NCBI GenBank assembly: GCA_023231475.1
Contig: JALJEE010000562.1
Location: forward strand, 1 to 64,000
Length of the DNA stretch: 64,000 nt
Reading direction: 5' to 3'
From: Seison nebaliae
Lineage: Eukaryota
Shown: piece after piece, positions 39,790 through 51,420 of the stretch
How the letters are laid out: each line of letters opens with the position of its first letter
Numbering within the stretch: position 1 is the stretch's first letter
Translations under genes and position numbers: made by a program
Notes under the pieces: model-generated
Databases searched by the model: none
What the model saw: the letters and a program-made list of their open reading frames with translations, nothing else
What the model was told of the DNA's origin: nothing

Positions 39790-40893
39790 ATGGTGAATTT
39801 ACATCTATCTGCTTTTCTTAAGGTATTACGCAGTTGCAGTAGACATGATACGGATGCTGGAACTCCGACATCTACTCCCAATAAACGAAAATCACATTCG
39901 ACTGAAACGTTGAAACATCATCGCTCTAAGCGACCGGCGGATAAGACGAAACAGAAATCAGGTGAATCATTCCGTCATTGTATTGGTAAGAAATCTGGTG
40001 CAACTGATAAAGATGGGAAATCGTACCAAGCTGAAGATTTATCATCGTTATCGTCAATATCATCGTCGACGACGAGGACGAGTGGTGGTGGACAAAAGAG
40101 TCGAGAGAATAATTGGTCTGAAGGTGAGAAGAAGAAGCATTTGTCAATGGAGAAACATTTGGGAGAATCGTCTCCTGAATCGTCATCACCTTCATTTCCT
40201 AAACTGTCATCATCATCACATAAAGCTCCCGCACAAGGTAAAGAGAAATGTCAATTTTCATCCGGTTCAACTTCACGTTCTTCAACATCATCTTCACCTT
40301 CCTCAGCATCAGCCACGTCATCACCCGCCCCATCCTCTTCATCCGCATTATTATCCTCAACAAATAATTCCAAAAAGAGAATTGGACAGAATATGAAAAG
40401 CGAACAATTTATTGATAAGAATATAAATATTAACAACAACACGAACAAGAAATATAATAATAACTCTCAGAAATATATGCAAAAATATTCTCAGATGCAA
40501 CAATCAACTGAAAATTATCGTCGTCATGTAAAGAAAACGATCGAACAAGTCGTTCCTTCCAAAAAATCTTATTATCAACCTGACGAATCGACGAAACAGG
40601 AACAACAACAACCCAATCAATTTGGACGTGTTACTGGTCCAGCCGATTTCGATCCATCAAATTATAATGGACCATCTCATCATTATTTTCCTCAGCAACA
40701 GAGTTCGATTACGAGTGAAGATTTAATATCAGATTATCGAGAAACGATAGATGGACAAGTTCCATTTATTAAATCGGGAATGTCATCCGTATCACCATCA
40801 TCAATAAAAGAACGTCCATCATCCTCTTCAACGAATCATTCATCAAATAAAGTCTATTATCAACAAGAACAACAAGAACAGCAAAAACACCAG

Positions 40894-40935
<42 letters not shown>

Positions 40936-41875
40936 CGAACGACGTATAATGAGAAAACACAAAAACATTATAATCATCGAAATTATCATGGATCGACTCA
41001 CGAAAAATATTTGTATAAAGACAACGAAAAAAAGAATTGTCGATTGGATGAAGAGAATTATCAGAGACAATATCATTCGTCTTCCTTCGCTTATGATGAA
41101 CATCGAAATGAAGAATTCAACAAATATTCTTCATCTAATTACCGGGAGAATGATCAATTTACACCCAACTCATATGATGAACGAAGTCCCATCAATGAAC
41201 CGAATAATCAGACTAATATAAATAAACAATTCTATCCGAGAGATTCGACACAAAATAAAAATTATTTGACGGATGAAAGCATTTCCTCATCATTGACGAG
41301 TGAATTGAAAGCATTGAACATTCAGAAAGCATTACCATTATATGAATTATCTCCATCATTAACAGCACTCACAATGAGTGGTACAGTGAATGAGTTGAGG
41401 AATGCAGCTGAAATGAACGCAACAATCAATCCCGATACCGGCTCCATTCACATTGATGAGAGTACATTAGTCTTAGCAAACGGTGTCGCTCAAGCCTTCG
41501 CACTCGAACTTCAACAACTTCATTATATCGATAGTAGTAGTCAAAGTTCGATGAGTATGGCATCATCGCGAACATCACGTCGTACATCATCACAATTCTT
41601 CAATACTTATCATCATCGTAATCGATCCTCCTCCAATTCATCTGGTGATACGTTGAAAGCGAATGAATTCGCAACAAAACAAACGACGAATTTCAAGAAG
41701 AATTATGGAGATGTTATTCAACAGAAAATTCATTTTTCTTCATCTCCTATAGATGACGAAGAATATTCTCAAGAAAATTTCAAAAAACATAAACAAATTC
41801 ATCTCCAACAACAGCAGCAACAACAACAACAATATAGGAAATGTGATGAATTTTCCAAACATAATTATCAACAAG

Positions 41876-41918
<43 letters not shown>

Positions 41919-44900
41919 TGATAATCAATTAAGACTTGAACAATCAATGTCGTCAGGAACGATATCGGGAAATGTGTCGAGTAATCGAGATCAAATTTAT
42001 CATCGTCGAGATCAACCACCGGAAAAAGATGTAAAATCATCAAAAAATGATCTGTTCGATATTACATCGGAAGTTCTCAGTAATCTCTTATATTCCAATG
42101 ATACAATGAATGATTTGCCAAGAGAGACAGATCGAAAAATTCCATCAAACGTCTCACCATCAACCGGTGAATGGGTTAAACGTCATCGAAATCTTTTCCA
42201 TCAAACACCAGTAGCTACGTCTTTAATGAATGATCTGTTATCGCCCATTAGTCGACGTTGTTTCCGTCCAGCAGAATTGCAGCAATTCGACAACGAAATC
42301 ACAAGAAATTTACGAGATATGAATAAATTAAAATTCTTTCTAAAATCTTCTCATCGTCAAGAAATTGCCCCAGATCGTTTACCTAAAGTAGACTCGTATC
42401 ATCCCAAACCAATGATTTTCATGAGTGCAACTGACGAATCATCAGACGATCAAATCACGAGACATAATCCGAGATGTCAATCCGTTACAAATGTTCCATG
42501 TGAACCGATTCTTGATGAGAATGGTAAATTGGCATCAATTCCACTTCTGGAACAATTTACCGAAACTTCAGCCGCTTTCACTCGTTACATAATAGAGAAA
42601 GCATCAGAAGAATATTCGAAATCCGATCGACAACATACGAACGATCCAAATAGTCAGTTCAATACGATGGGCAGTTTTATTCGAAGTATTCTCCTTTCCG
42701 CTTGTTCTCGTCTTCTGGTGGAGAAGTCGATTAACACCAACTGCATTCATAAGAGACACAAAAATTTGGTTAATGAACTTTGTCGATTATTAGATACGGA
42801 AATGTTTAATCTCCGTCAATTACACAATCAGCCGCCGAAGAAAATCTCTCCAAATTTGAATCGACACAAAATCGATAAAACTTATAAAGGAGATGGTGGA
42901 AATGTGCAGAAAATCGATTCTCATTCTGAGAGGATAATAAGACATTCAAAACAGAAATCATCACCACTTCCATCATCCTCCTCATCTACATCATCATCTT
43001 CGTCAATACCAGATCTGTCGACAGGAATCGTAAGAGATATTCAAAAAAAGAAATCGAATTCGAACAAACGATCGATATCTCCCGACGCCTCCATCATTTC
43101 AACGGAATCATGTCTCTCTTCCTTTACATCTGATACGATTACTACTAATACAGGTTCTTATTTCATTTCTCATTTTATTTTTTAAATAATTATTAAATAA
43201 ATTAATATCATTATCTCTCCTGTAAACAGAAACGAATGATTATGGTCAATCGATAAAACAATCGAATCGTAATCGAATAGTGAAAGAAGCTCCACGAAAG
43301 AAGATGACGAAACATTTGTCAGCGAATAGTGCTCGAACGAAATTATTCAATGAATTATCGTCGAAAGGAATGAATGATTTGGATTTCCAATTGAAAAATA
43401 CACGAATTACACCGTGTGCTCCATTCCAATATTCGAGTTTGGAATCAGATAATCCAAATTCAATTTATTATCATTACGGACGATATAAACGACAAACGGA
43501 GATGATGAAAATTGATGATATTCCATTTGGGGATCAATATCAACAAGACGAGTCGTCAGGTCGAACGGTATTGGTAGACGACGGATTCATTCAGATGACT
43601 TCACCAAATCTCGTCATTCCATTTATCCGTTTCGTTTGTCATTATAATGATCCCACTCGATTGCCACATGCTTGTGAAGATAATAGTGAATTGACAACAT
43701 ATTCCTTCAACACATTCTCTTCCGTCAACCAGCCCACATTTCTCTTACGATTACATGGAAATGAGTGTAATGATTCGTTGGCAATGCAGTTCAATTCGAT
43801 CGATCCAGCGCCAAAAGTCGCTTGGAAACAATTGAAGAATGAATTGTCAATAAGACATGAAGCATTAACGAATCTGCAAGGGGAAATGTTAGTGGAACGA
43901 TCAATAAGAAAATTAGCCGATCCATCATCGTTCAATGTTCCGATTATCGATCGATTGAATACGAAAAATCGACCGTTACATCTCGACAAGGATAGTCGTC
44001 TCAATGAACAACGTGCCATTTATCAGAAATTTACAAAGAATTATCAAAAAAAAGAATTGAATTTATCCATTCAATCATCACATCTATTCCTCCAACATCA
44101 ATGCCCAATTCTCCAACCAACATTTCCCACATTGAACGACACGGATGATGAGATGGAACTCGATTCGTCACCATCGAATACGGTAGCGTATTGTCAATTC
44201 TATTATGAAGCGTGTAGTCGTCGAAAGAGATTGTTACGAGAGAATCGAAAGAAGTTTCTTGATAAATTTTATTCGATTCTCCAATCCGTCGAAGATAACA
44301 CTGATAAGGATCGTTCGATAAGTCCAACTTCAACCGATTCTCTCAAAATAGATTATGGGAAATATTCGGATACCTCATCCGATTTACATCATCGCGAAAA
44401 GATTAAATATTTTTTGAATGATATCGATTTGCATGATATGATTCGAATGAATACGAATGAATTGGAAAGAAATAAAAAGAATTTCAATATTGATAGTGAT
44501 CTAGAAAATGATGTAGTTGATGGAAATGATTTGTTGCAATCGAACGATGGTAGTATTATTGATAAGTTAGAACGAAGTGGAAATCAGAATAAAAGTGAGA
44601 GAATGATTGGACAGAAATGTATTTCTCTTCCTCCACCTCCTCTTAAATCGGCTCTCCGGCCATCATTCCCGTCATCAAGTAACAAAGACTCATCGTCAAT
44701 GGGACGATCGGATGGATCCGATACAAAATCTGACAATGATCTGCAAGATCTCTTACATGACGTTCCGTTGAAGAATATGGAGCAATTTCGATATGGTAAG
44801 AATGATCAATTATCATCATCAATATCTCCCGTACTTCAAACAACTAGTAGTATCTTATCAGCTAATATTCCTTTATCATCCACATCATCACCATCTTTAT

Positions 44901-45763
44901 CGATAACATCTTCACCTTCACTACCATCATCATCTTCATCATCATCATCTTGTTCACAAACAATGCCATTATCTATATCGACCACTACACCGTTGTCAAC
45001 AGTTGCTACAACGATGAGTAATATTATATATGATAATCGAACAGATGAGTCATCCGATTCTATCATGTCAAGTGAAACGAAAAAATTGGGAGGAACATGT
45101 CCTTCCACCAAAGTCTCATTCGCTGTACATACACATCGATATTTATATAACAGTGATTCGCCACCAGCCACACTTCTCGTTCATCATGAGAGACACGACG
45201 AGAGTATTGATGATGCTGATGATGGTGATGATGATGATGGTGATGAGAATAAGAAGAAGAAGAATGTTGAATGTCAACGAGATAATTTGAAGAAGGAGAA
45301 TCAGAATAAAGATGCTCCATCGTCCAAAGGAGAGAATCAATTAACTTATTTCGATGAAGATAATCCAATTGATCAACAAGAAGATTTCTCTTTCGATAAA
45401 ACGGATTTAACATCTTTGGAATGTGAGGAAACATTAGAGAGAGAATTCGAAATGACGACCGAATCAGATTCCGAGCAACAAATCGAATCGTTCGCAATAT
45501 CGAATAATTCGAATGTTTTGAAAACCGTCTGGCCACCAAATCAATCCACCATTCTCACATCATCATCCACATCCTCCTCAACGATCATATCTCAAAGCAA
45601 TATTCGTGAGAGGACGATGGAAACTGGAAATTATCCGGAAAGTTCTGGACAAATCATTTCAACGGACAATCGAGAAATCGAAGAACAAATACCATCATCT
45701 CGTTCGTCGAATGGAAATGAAACGAAAACTGAAATCGAATGGACTGATGCCATCGATGTCTGA
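39790..45763 (+). CDS. Large low-complexity protein, about 1965 aa, 2 exons, with poly-S and poly-Q tracts
   Basis: The 1131-aa and 827-aa ORFs are joined in frame by a phase-1 intron 43154-43229 (G|GTTCTT...AACAG|AA). No domain recognised. Confidence 0.82.
40896..40936 (+). repeat. Coding (CAA)n poly-Gln tract
   Basis: Pure CAA run. A second run lies at about 41878-41916. Confidence 0.9.
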
Positions 45764-46732
45764 CAAATGTTTGATTGATTGTTCGAATAAATTTCATAAT
45801 CTTAGAATAGAATCTTCTTCATCGTCATCATCGTCATCGATATCATCTCTAACGAGAATCGACAAGATCCTTAAATTAAATTAACCGAAATTGTTATTTA
45901 AAGAATTATTTAATCAAAACCATCTTCCATTTTTCTTCCTTTTTTTCTTCTTCTTTTAACACAATTTCAATTTATCGATTTTTTTCCGTTCGGCTTTAAT
46001 CGATAATTGATCCTCATCATACTTCATTGTTACATATCATTACGCTCATTTAACTATTAGAGAATTTGGGGAATTCGTTTGAACGGATTCACCATTTATT
46101 TGTATAAATGAAATCAATATTCTATTCAACCGACCCATTAATGCCATTGTTGAATTTTATCGATATATATATATATATTATTTCTCCTCGTTAATTATTT
46201 CTGTAAACGAATTTCAATTTCAAATTTCCTTTTGTAAATCTTTCAATCTCATATGACTCGTCTTTCAATTATCATCAATATTAATATTGGGAAAAATCAA
46301 AATATTGAATAGTTCTCTCCATCTTCACAGTTTCACTCTATAAACAACAACAACAATAACCACCACCACAACAACAACAAAAACAACAACAACAACAATA
46401 ACAGCCTTCCATAATAAGAGAATTAAATATTAACAGAACTGAATTATAATAAATTTAAATTAATTTCAATTATAATCATTAATTTCAGACATTTCCTTCA
46501 CTAAATTATTAAAATCATTTATATATTGAAATTAATCAAGAATTTTATTTCAGTTCTTCTTTCGGATAATTTCTGAGAAAATTTGAAAAAAATAATTTCT
46601 CATCTTACTTCCTCATTCCATCAATGAAAAATCGTTGTCAATCCAATTGATTTTGCCATCCTTTTTAATAATGTTGAATTGTTGAAAAGTGAAATAAGTG
46701 ATTGGAAAAGATATTCGATTTTTTCGTACGAG

Positions 46733-49700
46733 ATGCAATTCTTTCCTCCTCAAAAAGAAAATAATATTGGTAGTAGTGGGGAGAATGTGCGACATAGTAT
46801 GTTCCGACCCGAATTTATCGATCGTTTACAAAATGAGATAATTTTGGAAGATGCTGTCGAACGAAGAGATCAAGTAGACGAAGCACGACCTGTCATCTCA
46901 ACTTCTCGATGTTTCAAGATCGTCTATTATACAATCCTTCCTTTATGTCTCATCTTGTGTACGGCCGTGCCAATTGTCATTTATCAAGTTCGTCAGAATA
47001 ATTTAGGGAATTATCCATCCACCAAAAACAATGACATTGATACGTTCGTTGAGAAAGGATATTATACTAAAATCAATCATAAGCCAGTGACATATATCGA
47101 ATATGTAACTAGACCACGTTTCTTAAGTAAATTCCGTAATATGGTACCGAGAAATTATGAATTTTATCATTTGGAAAATAATTTCAACAATTCCATTTCT
47201 CCATGTGACAATTTCTACATTCATACTTGCGGTAATTGGCAACACAACAATCGATTGAGATCAGTCCAAAAACAGAAATATGTTGATGAAATAACAATAT
47301 TGAATTTGCATATGAATTCAGAATTGAAGAAAGAGTTGAGTAAACTTTTCAGTTCAGCGAAATCTTTTAACGATTCTGGTGCACAGATCCTTTATAATAT
47401 CTTTTATTCTTGTTTACATGAAGCGGAAGATGTCGGTCAATTAAAACGATTGATATTTGATCGTGAGAAGAAAGATATTCGATTTGCCACAAAATTTTAT
47501 GATCGACCTATTAATGAGAAAATAGATGAAAATCTTCAACAATTTCATTTGAACGTCACTGACAAGAACGAGAATGATATGATGTCTGAAGAGATCGACA
47601 TAAATTATGTTATGGGAAAATTGATTAAGAATCGTCATCAAATTTTCTTCCGTTTACGCTCGTTCTCATTACCTCACAATCTCTCCATTTTCTACATTTC
47701 TCATCGACAACTACAACGAATTCAACGAATGTCTTTATTGAACAAGAATCTTTTCGGAGATAATAATCAATATAAAAAATTTATGAGAATTCTTCTCATT
47801 TATTCGTTCGAGAAGATCTTCCAACAATCCTACTCTCACCAAATGATTCATCGAATCATTGACGATATTATTGAGATTGATCATTTCTATGTGAACTGGT
47901 TGACGATTTCGGAAAATTATCGAAATATTTCTCATAATCAACGGTTCGATTTGTTATTGAAGTGAACAGTAAAAATTATTTTTCTTAGAACTGAGAATTT
48001 TCGAAGAAATATCATGAAACGATTAGTGAAACAAGAGAAGAACGATGAATCAAGATTATCATATTTAATGATGAATGTTAGTTGAATTGAATTAAGAAAT
48101 AAGAAATTATCGAAATTGTCTAGTTAAATGTAGAAGAGAATTTCAATTCTGTTCAATTCTCACCAGTTGCTGATTTACCCAAAAACGAATTGTTCGATTG
48201 GGAAGAAATATTGAAAAATTTATTTCCGACAAAAAACATTTCCGAATTGATTGTTCCAATTTTTATTTGAATATCAGACAATTTAATTTAAACGCAGACG
48301 ATTAAAGAGAATTTCGATGAAATGAAACTTCTAATGAATGAAATGAAAAGACATTTCCATCGGTATCAGATATTCAATTATTTACTCTATGTTCTCATCG
48401 AATCCCAAATCTCATTGTTCTCCGATAAATGGCGTAAAAGATTGATGTTTGTAGCACCGAAAGCTTATCGGAAATATGGTGAATCGATTTTCATGTCAAG
48501 AGAAGAGTATTCTTTCTAATTTCAGCAATTCGGTTAATTTAGTCTTTTAAACTAGGTTCTGCTACGTTTACATACGACAACGAACACCTGAACTGATAAT
48601 CAATTTTTATATTTCGAGAATTTCACAATCAACTAAATATTATGAACAATTCCGATTATTTATCGAAATTTTTCATCAAATTAAAAAGTCAGCTATTGTA
48701 TGGGTAGATGGTCTTCCATTGTCGTACGAGACAAAATCGATCCGTTTTACTTTCAATCTTCTTCATCATTTCGTCGAATTCTTAATGATATCAATATCAT
48801 CATACGAATTTAGTTGGCGACCGATTACAAACTGTCACATTACAACTCGGTTTTCCTAATCATCTCATGAAATTCACAAACAAAATTCATGTGGATGATG
48901 AGACTGTTGTCAGGAATTTCGGGAAGTTCATGTTTATTAAACGGAAATTTCCATTTTACAGTTATCATTTGTTATTGACGATGAATTTCATATTATTCTA
49001 TGTTTTTATCAAGAATTTATCGAGAGTATCAATGAAATAAATTTAAAAAATTTATGGAACCGATCTCCAATTGATTGGCATATTGACTCTTATACGGATG
49101 ATCCGTTCTTGGTAGAAGCAGCTTATTTTCCGGTGGATCATCGGCTCAGAGTTTTTTATATTTATCCATCCATTTACATCCATTTTATGATTTTTTTCCT
49201 GCAGTTATATGGTGGTCTTATCATTTCATTAATGCCAATGAGTCAGAAAATTGACAGGATCTATTTACTTGGATTTGTTATTAATACGATTGCTCATGAA
49301 ATCAGGTTTAAACAATTTTGAACAATTTCTCATGGAAATTAAACGTTTAGCCATTCGATCGATTTGTCGAAAGGTTCTTCATTTCGCATGTCCATTGCCA
49401 ATTCTTCCGACTTACAAAAATATGATGAATATGTCGATTGTATTGGAAGTTAAAATTTGTAGAAAGAAATTGAATAAAATTGACTTAAATAAAAACAGAA
49501 TTATATAACAAGAAAGAAGGAAAGGAACGAATGGTAATTGAACAGGAAGATATCGCCGATGTGTTCGCCGTTCGATTAAGCAGCATATTAATTAAACGAA
49601 TAATTGATGAGTTTCTTCTTATCTCCTCCTTCAACAACATGTCAACGATCCATATTTCCATTAGAAAAATTCATGGGGACAGTTATGTTAATGAATATTC

Positions 49701-49947
49701 GTTGGGAAATATTTTGTTTTTGAACGTTAAGAGCATAAATGAAAACACTCTGCGGAAAGTCAAACAAAAATATTATAAAGGTCAAGTTATGAAATATTGT
49801 GCTAGAAATAGAAAGAACAAATTGTTAGTTCCTTTTGGTCTCTATTCATCCAATGCCCAGAGATCGACAATTCCATTTTATAATTTAAGAGAATTTCACT
49901 CAATATTTAACTGCCACTCTTCAAATTCCATTTGTCATATTAGTTAA
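46733..49947 (+). CDS. Neprilysin-like M13 zinc metallopeptidase, type II membrane protein, about 11-12 exons
   Basis: N-terminal TM helix, SPCDNFYIHTCGNW, YSCL, LGFP, AHEIS|H (HExxH completed only by splicing 49306-49350), EDIAD and EFHSIFNC. Other introns: 47944-47988, 48077-48123, 48253-48297, 48507-48555, 48744-48813, about 48906-48961, 49151-49204, 49449-49498, 49611-49664 and possibly 49687-49731. Start is the first in-frame ATG. Confidence 0.88.
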
Positions 49948-50454
49948 ATATATCTAATATATCTCTTATTTCATCAGAAAGATAATCGTTTCCGTTAATA
50001 AACAATCTTTCTTCAAATAAATAATTTTCATTTATAATTAGAAAGTTAATAATTAATAGAAGGTGAGAAATATTGAAATTTTTTTACTTTCACAAAAACG
50101 TCCCTCAAACCCATATCATTCCTAATCATAAAAAATCTAGTGCAATTCCATGTTTCATCCGCCATACAATTCTCGTAATATATTTCTGCTTAGATATAAA
50201 TTATCGTCTTTCTATGATCTTTTCTAATAAAAGTTTACTATTACTATGTTATGATGATAGATATGTTGTCAACATATTTCACCTCTTTCATTCTACACAA
50301 CTTACAATTTTGTTAGTTGTCTCTCGTGTTAAAACATTACAGAGAAATTCGACCATAATTCGATGATTTCTTAATCTATGCTTGATGATATATTTCCATT
50401 TCGTTACTTTTATTAGTTATTGATGAAATTTTAATCAATCGTCGGTTTTCATTT

Positions 50455-50562
50455 TCAAATGGTTCTCAATTGTTTTTGGTGAGTTGGTTGATGATGCCTT
50501 TCCAAATGACTTTCTTTATCAAATTGTGATAAATCCAAATATGAGCAAACAATACAGTCCAT
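50455..50562 (-). pseudogene. Isolated C2H2-like zinc-finger fragment
   Basis: MDCIVCSYLDLSQFDKESHLERHHQPTH = CxxC...F-x5-L-x2-H-x4-H, followed by stop-riddled sequence. Confidence 0.35.
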
Positions 50563-51037
50563 TTTAATGTTTCAATTTGCCTTACCGTCATCGTTAGTAA
50601 CTAAGAATTAAAAGTTGAGTTGCCTTGATTGAATTTAAAAAACTAGTTAAAAGGTAAAAGAGTTAAAAGTAAGAATTAAATCCTAGACAAAAAATTTGAT
50701 ACTCTTCGAATGTTCGCGAAAAACAAAATCCAATTTCCCAACTCTTTATTTGAGTGTGAGAATAATAATTGTTAATACGATTGGCAAATATTTCTCGTTA
50801 ATTAAAAATGTTCCATATATATACTAATTGAGTATTTTTGTATAATAGGTTCATGATTAAGGTGTTGCTTAAATCATAATCATCTTCACATCATTTTTAG
50901 AAAAGTGAATGGAAATAATACAGTTCGTTCAGAATATTTCTGCATCTCTTACATAGACGTAGATTTTGTTGGTAAACAATTCGAAGTATCTTTCGCATTT
51001 TTATCTAAAGAATATTATAAAACATATAATTGACTAG

Positions 51038-51420
51038 TTAGGGAGAAGATGAATGAAAGAAATTGACATTTTTCTCAATCCTTCCAGAAAAACATCCATA
51101 CCATAACAGATCACATACTAGTATATGTAACTCCGACCCAAACAAACTAGAATGCACACTCTTAATTGTGGTTGGGGAAAGATCATCATTTTTCTTATTT
51201 TCCAATGAAATTTGTTTTAATTCCGATTCTACTTGTTTTTCATAAATGTGAGCCAGTATTCTCTTATTCGGGGAACCAACATTGATAAGGATATCATATC
51301 TTATTCCCTCATACCTTCGCACTTCATAGTTTCCCAACTTCGTTTTTGTCCGATGTACTTCTTTGAATTTTTACCTCTTGACAGGTCACCATATTTATGA
51401 GGTAAACCAGTTGAATATTC
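51038..51420 (-). mobile_element. Possible frameshifted GIY-YIG endonuclease remnant (Penelope-like)
   Basis: STGLPHKY...KKYIGQ, then a frameshift in an A run into TKLGNYEVRRYEG, resembling G-x-x-Y...YIGQTxxxxxxRxxEH. Confidence 0.3.

Noticed and set aside
39926..45884. Many overlapping poly-V, poly-L and poly-H ORFs
   Set aside because: Alternate-frame and antisense products of CAA and TCA repeats in the large gene.
1321..49947. Alternative genetic code or programmed frameshifting to explain fragmented ORFs
   Set aside because: The breaks in conserved genes are resolved by short GT..AG introns, and TAA, TAG and TGA all end genes normally.
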